A stretch of 64,000 nucleotides of DNA from a bacterium (GTDB taxonomy: Bacteria > SZUA-182 > DTGQ01). Positions 51,780 to 60,937 of the stretch are shown here, in pieces. Below the pieces are notes generated by a model. The model searched no databases, was not told the DNA's origin, and was given only the letters and a program-made list of their open reading frames with translations. The position numbers and the translations under genes are program-made. Location: positions 1 to 64,000 of the forward strand of contig JBFMGO010000006.1 of NCBI GenBank assembly GCA_040752695.1, written 5' to 3'. How positions within the stretch are numbered: the first letter of the stretch is position 1; each line of letters opens with the position of its first letter.

Positions 51780-53876
51780 ATGAAGAAATTATTTTTTGTA
51801 ATTCTCGGTGGATTGATATGGGCTCTTTTTATCCTGTCAAATATTGGAGCAGGGGGAATACTCTGTCCGAAGGCAAATGCAAGCGAGCCTGCCCGGTTTA
51901 TCGGGGATACAGTCCCTGCTTTGGATGAATGTCTGGAGATGAGTTCCGGGGTTCTTGACGTAGGGGGAAGCGGGGGAACAATCGGACAGGAAGTTCAGGT
52001 GCCGGTAAACATCCAGTCTGCACCCGATAAAATCTTTTCTCTTGGCTTTGAAGTCACGTATGATTCAAGCGTATTGGAATACCTTGATTACACCGGAGGA
52101 GATCTCACAGCCTCTTTCACCGTGTTCGACATCTATCCAGCCGGAACCGGCAGGTTGAGAGTAGGGGGCTTGACCATCGGAGACGGCATTGCCCAGGGAG
52201 CAAGCGGTTGTGTAGCCGTCCTCAACTTCAGGGTTATCGGTGGTGTAGATAATGGATGCTATGCCGTCAAGCTGGAAAATCTGCGGGATGATGTCACCTC
52301 CTTTTCCTCCAGTCAGGGCTGCTTCTGTATGAATGATACCATTCCGCCCGAACTTACCTGCCCAGCCGACGGCGTGATTGCTCAGACGGAAAATGGCGGT
52401 GCTCCGATTGACGATCCTGATGTACAGGCCTTCCTGGCCAGCGCCGTTGCCAGGGATAATGCGGATGGCAAGGTTGCCGTGATCAATGACGCTCCTTCGG
52501 TCCTCCCTCCCGGAGAGAGCACAATAACGTTTACTGCTACAGACAGGAGTGGTAATAGCGCTTCCTGCTCGGCCACCATCACCGTTCAACCGCCGGAGTG
52601 TGCGGAAGACAATTCAGGAGCACTGAACATTGAAGGAGCCCAGGGGAATCTGGGAGACGAAATTCAAATTCCGGTAATGATACATGCTGCACCGGCTGAA
52701 GCCTCTGCCCTTGGCTTTGAGGTAATCTATCAACCATCCGTTCTCGAGTATTCAGGGTTTGTAAAAGGTGATCTGGTGTCCTCTTTCGTTATGTTCGATG
52801 TCATTCTCGTTGGTTCAGGCAGGTTGAGAGTAGGAGGCTTGACTACAGGGGAGAGTATTCCGCGGGGGACAAGCGGCTGTGTGGTCGTACTTGCATTTAA
52901 GGTTAAAGGCGGTGTGGACAATGGGTGCTATGCCGTCAAGCTGGAAAATCTGCGGGATGATGTCACCTCCTTTTCCTCAAGCCAGGGTTGCTTCTGTATG
53001 AATGATACCATTCCGCCCGAACTTACCTGCCCAGCCGACGGCGTAGTTGCTCAGACGGTAAATGGCGGCACTCCGATTAACGATCCTGATGTGCAAGCCT
53101 TCCTGTCCGGTGCCATGGCCAGGGATAATGCGGATGGCAAGGTTGCCGTGATCAATGACGCTCCTTCGATCCTTCCGCCGGGAAAGAGCATCATAACCTT
53201 TACTGCAACGGACAGGAGCGGTAATAGTATTTCCTGCTCGGCCACCATCACTGTCCACCTGCCACGGTGTACGGAAGACGAGTCAGGAACGCTGGACATT
53301 GAGGGAGCTCAGGGAAAGGCAGGTGACGAGATTGAAATTCCAGTAAGGTTACAGGCTGCACCGCACAGTGTCTCTGCCCTTGGCTTTGAGATAACCTATA
53401 ACCCATCCGTTCTCGAATATTCAGGGAATCAAAGAGGTGATCTGGTGTCTTCTTTCACCCTGTTCGATGTCAATCCAGCCGGTTCCGGCAGGTTGAGAGC
53501 AGGCGGATTGACTACCGGAGAGAGTATTCCGCAAGGGACAAGCGGATGCGTCGCTGTGCTTAAGTTCAAGGTCAAAGGCGGTATGGAAGGCGGATGCTAT
53601 CCCGTTGCGCTGGAAAACTTGCGGGATGATCTTACTCAGCTTTCCTCGAGTCAGGGCTGTTTCTGTATCCGTAGCTGCAGCGGGGACCTCAATGGAGATG
53701 GATTTGTTACTCCTACGGATTCTCTCATCGTCTTTCAGTGTTTTCTTAACCAAGGCCCGTGTTCAGATTGCACTGACGTTAATCAGGACGGCACGACTTC
53801 TCCGGCAGATGCCCTTTGCTTGTTTCAACACTTCCTGGGGTCTTCCTCCTGTCTGAACCGCCAGAGGTTGAGATAA
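51780..53876 (+). CDS. Secreted protein: cohesin-HYR-cohesin-HYR-cohesin-dockerin
   Basis: Three GxEVxVPVxI...LGFEVxY..SVLEY...VLxFKV modules; two DTIPPELTCP...ITFTATDRSGN modules; C-terminal GDLNGDGFVTPTD / DVNQDGTTSPADAL. Confidence 0.82.
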   Translation: MKKLFFVILGGLIWALFILSNIGAGGILCPKANASEPARFIGDTVPALDECLEMSSGVLDVGGSGGTIGQEVQVPVNIQSAPDKIFSLGFEVTYDSSVLEYLDYTGGDLTASFTVFDIYPAGTGRLRVGGLTIGDGIAQGASGCVAVLNFRVIGGVDNGCYAVKLENLRDDVTSFSSSQGCFCMNDTIPPELTCPADGVIAQTENGGAPIDDPDVQAFLASAVARDNADGKVAVINDAPSVLPPGESTITFTATDRSGNSASCSATITVQPPECAEDNSGALNIEGAQGNLGDEIQIPVMIHAAPAEASALGFEVIYQPSVLEYSGFVKGDLVSSFVMFDVILVGSGRLRVGGLTTGESIPRGTSGCVVVLAFKVKGGVDNGCYAVKLENLRDDVTSFSSSQGCFCMNDTIPPELTCPADGVVAQTVNGGTPINDPDVQAFLSGAMARDNADGKVAVINDAPSILPPGKSIITFTATDRSGNSISCSATITVHLPRCTEDESGTLDIEGAQGKAGDEIEIPVRLQAAPHSVSALGFEITYNPSVLEYSGNQRGDLVSSFTLFDVNPAGSGRLRAGGLTTGESIPQGTSGCVAVLKFKVKGGMEGGCYPVALENLRDDLTQLSSSQGCFCIRSCSGDLNGDGFVTPTDSLIVFQCFLNQGPCSDCTDVNQDGTTSPADALCLFQHFLGSSSCLNRQRLR

Positions 53877-54175
53877 CCCTCTCTTCTCTATTTCCAGAGA
53901 GAGGGGAAGCCACCCTCAGTCCTCGCAGTAACTTCCTGGCCATAGCTCACGCGGCTGTGGCCAGAAGATAGATCCTAAGATGGGGGCGGTCTTTAAGTTT
54001 GGCCGCCCCCCTATGAGATTCATCATATGAGGTTCACCATATGAGGTTCATCAGCAGATATCTGCCATTCTCCCCTTTTTTTGATTATTCTTCCCTGTTT
54101 CGGATATAATAGAATAGTAACTTTTGGAATCTCCTTTCATCAATTTATAATTTTTTACATCCAAAGGGGAAAGAA

Positions 54176-54475
54176 ATGCTTATACGAGTAAGGTTCAGCG
54201 ATGACAGGTACAATATGGTCAAGCCCTGGATCCTCGATAAATTGATCGAAGACCAATGTCTTAAGGCTTTTTTAAGGAGAGATGGCTGGGTTTTTCCTGG
54301 AAAGGACAAAATAAGAGGAATGGGAGGCGGCTGCTATCAGGGGCGAGAAAGACGAAAGAAAGAGACTCCAAACGTACTTCCTCTTGCCTGTTTGTTGTTT
54401 ATCAAGGGCTATGAATTGCAATTATTACTGGACAACAAAGGAAAGGGCACGTATATTATACATCAACCAACCTGA
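54176..54475 (+). CDS. GSU3473-like small protein
   Basis: MLIRV...VKPWILDKLI...FLRRDGWV...DKIRG...YQGRERR. Confidence 0.75.
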   Translation: MLIRVRFSDDRYNMVKPWILDKLIEDQCLKAFLRRDGWVFPGKDKIRGMGGGCYQGRERRKKETPNVLPLACLLFIKGYELQLLLDNKGKGTYIIHQPT

Positions 54476-54565
54476 CGATGTTACATGAGCCAGACCTGAC
54501 GATGTTAGATGCGACAGACCTGACGATGTTAGATGCGACAGACCTGACGATGTTACACAATCCAG
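54470..54565. repeat. 24-bp tandem repeat x4 starting across the stop codon
   Basis: acctgacgatgtta-N7-cag at 54470, 54494, 54518, 54542; units 2 and 3 identical. Confidence 0.92.
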
Positions 54566-55028
54566 ATTGCCTTTGATAGTGCTGAACGACCCTGATAATG
54601 TAGATGATATGTATTCTCCCTGTCCCCTGGGGGATTTATTTTACCTTTGAGGACTATGCATACCTGCCCCTTTGCTTGCAAGCAAGACCATAGCGGGTAT
54701 ATCGGGCATATTTGCACTGAGAAAGACACCTATGCCCCCTCCTTTTAAAAATGGGGATGGGGGGATTTTAACCTCCCTTACCCTTTCGCCGGGTAACGGA
54801 CGCAATAAAGACCGTCCAATTCAAGTCAAGTTGTCACTCTTTAGGAAAATAAATGATCTACAGACTAATGCCAATTATGTATAATAACCGATAATATAAG
54901 ACCCACTATACCCAAAACTCCATGAGAGATGAATGATCGCCCCTATTTGCCGGAAATTTTCTGAAGGATTCTCCATGCCAGAGAAGCTGAGAACAGAATT
55001 ACAATAAAATTGACATTGACAAGGAGAG

Positions 55029-55271
55029 ATGCCACTCATGCGTAAGTATTTCAGCTTCATCATAGCAAGCGGATGGATTGACTCATTGGCCTGGCTGATG
55101 GCCCTGGGTTCATTCCTGTTGGCCTATATACGGATAATTAAGTCTTGCTATTACACCCCCCTTCAGGCTGCCAATGATGTGCTGCGCGGGATCAGCTATA
55201 AATTCGATATTCTCAAGCCGCTTATTATTTTTCTGGTCAGTCTGGCCTGGATAATAACCCACTTAGGATAA
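55029..55271 (+). CDS. Small hypothetical membrane protein (2 TM)
   Basis: AAGGAG RBS; two hydrophobic segments. Confidence 0.5.
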   Translation: MPLMRKYFSFIIASGWIDSLAWLMALGSFLLAYIRIIKSCYYTPLQAANDVLRGISYKFDILKPLIIFLVSLAWIITHLG

Positions 55272-55555
55272 TAAAAGCCTTTCCCCCTTTGACCGTTGCT
55301 CATTCAAGTTGTCTCAGGAACTACACTTCAATAAGCCGTATAATAAAAAAATCTTCGATGTAATTTAAAATTTTAGTCGAAAAATAATGACTAGCATTAT
55401 TTTATCTTCATGCATTGATTTTCTTACTTTGCTCGGACCTTAGTTAATTTTCTCATAATACTCGAATCTTAATTTAGACTAAAATTTTACCCAAAGTCCA
55501 TATCAGAATCAGATGAAACTAAGTACAGGCAGTGGGAATTACGCAGCCAGTTGTT

Positions 55556-55615
55556 GTAGGAGCGGCCCCCTGTGTCCGCCCATGATGGGGCGCAAGGGCA
55601 CCGCACAGGGGCCTC
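55556..55615. repeat. GTAG-type REP-like element
   Basis: gtaggagcggccccctgtgtccgccc followed by a partial inverted copy gggcaccgcacaggggcc. Confidence 0.55.
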
Positions 55616-55618
55616 GAT

Positions 55619-58600
55619 ATGGCTGCGTATTTGATGCGCCGTGTACTCAGTAACTCGGCAAGTGTGCATGCAACCGTGATCAACTCCAAGGCTCAGTTGA
55701 TGAAATTCCTGTTGATAAGACAGATGATAAGAGGGGCACAGGTAAACAGGCATCTGGGAAGCCTGTTCCCTGACCTTTCCTCAAACGCTCTTCTCCGCCT
55801 GGCATCAAGGGCATTGATAGTGCCAATAATATTCGTAATGTCAATGACATCGATCGTATCACTTGTATCAATGATATCACTGGCGCCTGGGGTCGGCCTC
55901 TGTGCCTGCCTAAGACCAATCACCGTGCAGGAGATAAAGAAAGCACTGGACCTTCGAGACCTCGGTATCTCAGATGAGATACTGGATTCTCTCTTGAATC
56001 AGGAATCGAGTCCTGGGACAACTTATCGCAGTATGGCGGAAGTCGCTCATGTGGAGCTGTCATATGCTGCGTATCTGCGCCAGAGAAATCTTCATTCCGC
56101 ACTGTCTCTCCTGGAGGGTATAAGCGATGTGAATGAGTGGCTCCGAAGGTCTGCTGATTTTGCCGGGATGGGTACAGTTCGAATTGACGCAGCACGAGCC
56201 GGAGCGGCACGGAACAATGCAAATCAAACCAGAGCAAATCAAACCAGAGCAGCTCAAGATGGAACAACTCAAGATGGAGCATTACAAGCCGGAGAGATAG
56301 CACAAGCTATCATGGCTCAAACCGGCACCTCCGCTTGTGTGGGACTGGTGAGCAGTATGCTGGGATACAGTCAGGCTGACCCTTTCGACGGTCATGATTC
56401 GAACGATATTCCTCTCCTTAACGAGGTCGTAAGCCGATACCTGGCTCTACGGGGATACGATGAGGGAGGGGGTGAGGGAAGCGAAGATGACAGGTCTGCC
56501 TGGCAAAAGGTAAAAGATGCCTATAGGACCAGCAGATATTTTACCATGCATGAGCCCAAAATTCATGCTCTAGCCGAACACTCCTGGGTAGCCACCTACC
56601 GTGAGGCGGATATCAGGCAATTTGTTCAGGCTTTAAGCCAGCAAATAAAGGGTCTGACAGCAAGATATAAAGCATATGAGTCAGGGCAGAATATCGGGAT
56701 TTTCACCACCAGTGACCTTTCGGCCAGGGTGTTTAATTATGGTGACGATTGTATCTCCAATATTATCCTCAGGGGCCGGGCCAGTCATCAGCCTGTACCG
56801 GCATATCAGCCTGAGACAGGGAATCAGCCGGTGCGAGTGAATCAACCGATGTCAGGGAATTGGCCTGAAGCGATGTATCAGCCGGCACCGGATCATCGAT
56901 CGGCACCAAGGTATCTAAAGACGCCGGGGTACCTCCTTGAGACCACCACCGGGCCGGAGACGAGGATCTGCGGAAAAAGCAGCAGCGATATTTTTTTCAA
57001 TGGCGGCATAAGCACGGTAAGTTCCCTGGATTTTCTCATTATGGGCACGCAGGTGAGCATCCCCTTTTCCCCAGATCCTGTCCTCCCGGATTTTTCTTTC
57101 AGAACGCTCTCATCAACCGAACATGCACCGAAAGAAGTCTACCTGAATGCCTTATCACATACCATAGCTTCTCAAGGGTACGCTGTTAATGGTTATCTCT
57201 GGGATTTCGGGGATGGGACCCCGGTCAGGGCCGGGGGTGAAATGACTCATATTTACGCCAGACCAGGAGAATATACCCTGACCCTGACCGTAATCCTATC
57301 CAATGGCCTCACCAGAACCATTCAAAAGAAAATTGACGTTTTGAATCCGGTAACAGCGTATTTCACTTCAAATTCAAAAACCAATTCCAAGGCACATGAT
57401 CCTTCATCCGGCGATCAATGGGAGGGCTGGGCTCCCCTGACGGTCAGTTTCGATGCCTCCGGATCTTCTCATCTTACGGGATCGATAACCGGTTATCATT
57501 GGGATTTCGGTGATAAGTGCCAGGGGGTTGGACGAACCGTCAGTCATACTTTTACTCTTCCCGGAAGGTATGAAGTTACCCTGACTATTTCGGACAGGAA
57601 CAATAATGCTGATACCATGAAAAGATCCCTTACGGTACTCAATCCCATTCAACCGGACTTTTTGGTGTTACCGGGTTCAGGCCCGGCCTTGACGAATTTT
57701 ACCTTCGATGCCTCAAAATCCTCCTCCCGTCTGGGTAAAATTGTCTCTTATGAGTGGGATTTCGGCGATGAAGATACTAAAGCCGGCCCGATGGCAACCG
57801 GACCACAGTCGAGCGGCCTGCAAGAGACAGGACCGTGGCTGAGCGGCCCACAAGCGACCGAACCGTGGCTGAGCGGACAACGAGCGACAGGATCACAGCC
57901 GAGCGGCCCACAAGCGACCGGACCACGGGTAACCCACCAGTATGGCAGCAATGGATATAAAACCGTCACGCTGACGGTACAAAATGAACAGGGAATATCG
58001 GCACGAATAAAAAAGCCGGTCACTGTAGGCACCGGAATCAGTGCGTTTATCTCTAACCAGACGATCGACTGTGATACCGTATGGTCTCCATATCATATTT
58101 ATGTGCTTTCAGGAAGCATTACCATAGCTGAAGGCGCTACATTGACCATAGAACCGGGAACCGTAATCAAGGGAGGGAATCAATCGAGCAGGCTTATCGT
58201 CAACGGGGCTTTGGTGGCCAGGGGCACGAAGCGGGCACCGGTAATCTTTACCTCTTTCCGGGACGATATCTTCGGGGGAGACACGAACGCTGACAGCAGC
58301 GCCTCTGTGCCCGCAGCCGGTGATTGGGACGGGATTTATTTTTACAGCACCAGCACTGATTCTGCCTGTGTCCTGGATCATTGCCTTATCAAGTATGCAG
58401 GCTACGGGAGTCAGGGCTGCGGCATCTCTTGTAAAGGTGCTTCACCTGTCATAAGCAATTGCATGATCAGCCATAACCGCACTTACGGAGTGAGGCTCAA
58501 GAGTGCCTCTCCTGCCATAAGCAATTGCACCATCGCTCAGAACAGCCACTCAGGGGTTTTCATCGAAGGCGATTCAAGCGCGGTCATAACCGGATGCAAC

Positions 58601-60502
58601 ATTTATCATAACAGTGTCTACGGCATCTGCTCCTTCAGCACGGCAACTGTGCACATCAGGCGCAATACCTTTGCAGGCAACGGCTCTTACGCAGTCTATC
58701 TATGCTGCACCAGTGGCATTTCCACTGCCGATAATACCATAAGCGACTACGGTGGAGGAATATACCTTTTAGGAACCGTTACCACAGATATGCGGCTTGC
58801 CGGCAATCCCGGTTGTCCTTATGTTCTCAATAATCTGACTGTAGCCGAAGGTGCCACCCTGACCATAGAGCCGGGAGTGGTAATCAAAGGGGATATGCAG
58901 GGCGGCAGGCTCGTCATTAATGGGGCTTTGGTGGCTAAAGGCACGGAACTGGCACCGGTTGTCTTTACCTCTCTTCGTGATGATGCCTGTGAAGGGGATA
59001 CGAACAATGACGGCAGGGCTTCACTTCCTGCCGCAGGGGATTGGGACGGAATTTTCTTGTGCAGCACGAGAAATGATTCGGCCTGTGTTCTGGACCGTTG
59101 CATCATACAATATGCCGGATATGGCAATGAAGGCTGCGCTCTTTCCTTAAGCAATACATCACCTGTCTTAAGCCATTGCATTATCAACCATAATCGTATC
59201 TATGGGCTGCGGATTCAGGGAGCCTCACCCATCATCAGTAATTGTACTATCGCTCACAGCGGTCATTCAGGCATTCTGAGTGAAGGCAATTCCAATCCTG
59301 TTATTATCGGCTGCATTATCCATAGTAACGATACCTATGGGATCTACTCCTTTAGCACATCCTCTCCACTCATCGACCGCAATACTTTTTCCGACAATGG
59401 CTCCTGTGCAGCCTATCTGTGCTGCGCCAAGGGTATTTCCGTTTCCGGTAATACTGCGACCGGCAGCGGTGGAAAGATCTGCCTTTTAGGGACAATCACC
59501 AACAGCGGCAGGATGGGACATAATCCGAACTGTCCCTATGTTCTCAACAGCCTGACCGTAGCGGAGAACGCCAGCCTGACCATAGAGCCGGGAGCAGTGA
59601 TTAAGGGAGAAAATCAGGCCAGCAGGCTGGTTGTCAATGGAACCCTGGTGGCCAGGGGCACGGAGCGGGATATGATCGTCTTCACCTCTTTTCGGGACAA
59701 TGCCTGCGGAAGAGATACGAATCCGGACAGGGCATATGAGGGAGAGAATCTGGCCAGGGCATATGAGGGAGAAACGAATGATGCCGGGAGCAGCTCTCTT
59801 CCCGCTGCCGGAGACTGGGATGGCATCTTTTTTTATGATACCAGCAATGATTCGGCCTGTGTCCTGGACCATTGCCTTATCCGGTATGCAGGATACGGCA
59901 GCCAGGGCTGCGGCATCTCTCTGATCAGTGCCTCACCAGCTATAAGCCACTGTACGATCAGTCATAACCGCGCTTACGGCCTGAGGCTCCAGGACGCATC
60001 CAGCCGGATAAGCAACTGTACCATTGCCGATAACGCTCACTCGGGAATCCTGAATGAAGGCAATTCATACCCTGCCATCACAGGATGCAATATTCATCAT
60101 AACAGCGCATATGGGATCTACTCCTGGGGTACGGCAACTCCGCTCATTGATCGTAATACTTTTGCAGATAACGGCTCCTATGCAATATCCATGAGTTGTA
60201 CCGGCAGTATCTCCATTTCCGATAATACCGTAAACGGCAATGGCGGAGGTATTTACCTTTCGGGCGCGGTCACAGTGGACACTCATCTGGCAAACAATCC
60301 GGATTGCCCTTACGTTCTCAATGATTTGACCATTGCCGATGGTGTTACCCTGACCATAGAGCCGGGGATAGCGATCAAGGGTGGCCACCAGTGCAGCCAG
60401 ATGGTCATCAATGGAGCTTCGATGACGACCGGTACCCTTTCCTCTCCCATTATAGAGAACGGGAACAACTGGAATGATATACCCATGCTGCGCTGGAGGT
60501 AG
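55619..60502 (+). CDS. Large secreted protein with 3 PKD domains and Cys-rich right-handed beta-helix repeats (start uncertain)
   Basis: Three WDFGD PKD motifs; three repeats of about 240 aa with LTIEPGxVIKG...VFTS.RDD...AGDWDGI, plus a truncated fourth. Confidence 0.85.
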   Translation: MAAYLMRRVLSNSASVHATVINSKAQLMKFLLIRQMIRGAQVNRHLGSLFPDLSSNALLRLASRALIVPIIFVMSMTSIVSLVSMISLAPGVGLCACLRPITVQEIKKALDLRDLGISDEILDSLLNQESSPGTTYRSMAEVAHVELSYAAYLRQRNLHSALSLLEGISDVNEWLRRSADFAGMGTVRIDAARAGAARNNANQTRANQTRAAQDGTTQDGALQAGEIAQAIMAQTGTSACVGLVSSMLGYSQADPFDGHDSNDIPLLNEVVSRYLALRGYDEGGGEGSEDDRSAWQKVKDAYRTSRYFTMHEPKIHALAEHSWVATYREADIRQFVQALSQQIKGLTARYKAYESGQNIGIFTTSDLSARVFNYGDDCISNIILRGRASHQPVPAYQPETGNQPVRVNQPMSGNWPEAMYQPAPDHRSAPRYLKTPGYLLETTTGPETRICGKSSSDIFFNGGISTVSSLDFLIMGTQVSIPFSPDPVLPDFSFRTLSSTEHAPKEVYLNALSHTIASQGYAVNGYLWDFGDGTPVRAGGEMTHIYARPGEYTLTLTVILSNGLTRTIQKKIDVLNPVTAYFTSNSKTNSKAHDPSSGDQWEGWAPLTVSFDASGSSHLTGSITGYHWDFGDKCQGVGRTVSHTFTLPGRYEVTLTISDRNNNADTMKRSLTVLNPIQPDFLVLPGSGPALTNFTFDASKSSSRLGKIVSYEWDFGDEDTKAGPMATGPQSSGLQETGPWLSGPQATEPWLSGQRATGSQPSGPQATGPRVTHQYGSNGYKTVTLTVQNEQGISARIKKPVTVGTGISAFISNQTIDCDTVWSPYHIYVLSGSITIAEGATLTIEPGTVIKGGNQSSRLIVNGALVARGTKRAPVIFTSFRDDIFGGDTNADSSASVPAAGDWDGIYFYSTSTDSACVLDHCLIKYAGYGSQGCGISCKGASPVISNCMISHNRTYGVRLKSASPAISNCTIAQNSHSGVFIEGDSSAVITGCNIYHNSVYGICSFSTATVHIRRNTFAGNGSYAVYLCCTSGISTADNTISDYGGGIYLLGTVTTDMRLAGNPGCPYVLNNLTVAEGATLTIEPGVVIKGDMQGGRLVINGALVAKGTELAPVVFTSLRDDACEGDTNNDGRASLPAAGDWDGIFLCSTRNDSACVLDRCIIQYAGYGNEGCALSLSNTSPVLSHCIINHNRIYGLRIQGASPIISNCTIAHSGHSGILSEGNSNPVIIGCIIHSNDTYGIYSFSTSSPLIDRNTFSDNGSCAAYLCCAKGISVSGNTATGSGGKICLLGTITNSGRMGHNPNCPYVLNSLTVAENASLTIEPGAVIKGENQASRLVVNGTLVARGTERDMIVFTSFRDNACGRDTNPDRAYEGENLARAYEGETNDAGSSSLPAAGDWDGIFFYDTSNDSACVLDHCLIRYAGYGSQGCGISLISASPAISHCTISHNRAYGLRLQDASSRISNCTIADNAHSGILNEGNSYPAITGCNIHHNSAYGIYSWGTATPLIDRNTFADNGSYAISMSCTGSISISDNTVNGNGGGIYLSGAVTVDTHLANNPDCPYVLNDLTIADGVTLTIEPGIAIKGGHQCSQMVINGASMTTGTLSSPIIENGNNWNDIPMLRWR

Positions 60503-60674
60503 CAAGGCAGCTTTGCTATCATGAAGCGGCATCTATCGGATTGAAGCAAGGCAGATTTGCTCTAGTAAAGCAGCACCTATTGGATTGTAGCAAGGCAGCA
60601 TCGATGTAGCGAATCTGCATTGATCGGATTGTGGCAAGGCAGCATTGTTGATGCAGCGAAGCAGCATCAGATCC
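60499..60674. repeat. 44-bp degenerate tandem repeat x4 starting at the stop codon
   Basis: gcaaggcag at 60502, 60546, 60590, 60634. Confidence 0.85.
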
Positions 60675-60937
60675 ACCCCGGTGGCCTGGAGATATAGGAT
60701 TCCCACAATTTCCATAATTCCCGTGATTCCATGGTCGAAGGTCTTGATTTTTCAATCCACTTATGTTACCTTGCCTTAGGATAGGTCACTGAGCAGGTAT
60801 CGTGAGCAAGCTATACAAATAATGGATAATACCTTAATAAATAAAATACTGGAATAATAAACATAATGCTGAGCTAATAAACCAGCTACAGAAATAATGA
60901 ACAAGATATCAGGTTAAGAAGATATCAGGTTAAGGGA

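Noticed and set aside
52240..53260. Diversity-generating retroelement TR/VR pair
   Set aside because: Both copies are in-frame domains of one gene, differences are not adenine-specific, and no reverse transcriptase is present
54470..54565. CRISPR array
   Set aside because: Variable part is only 7 nt and two units are identical; an ordinary tandem repeat
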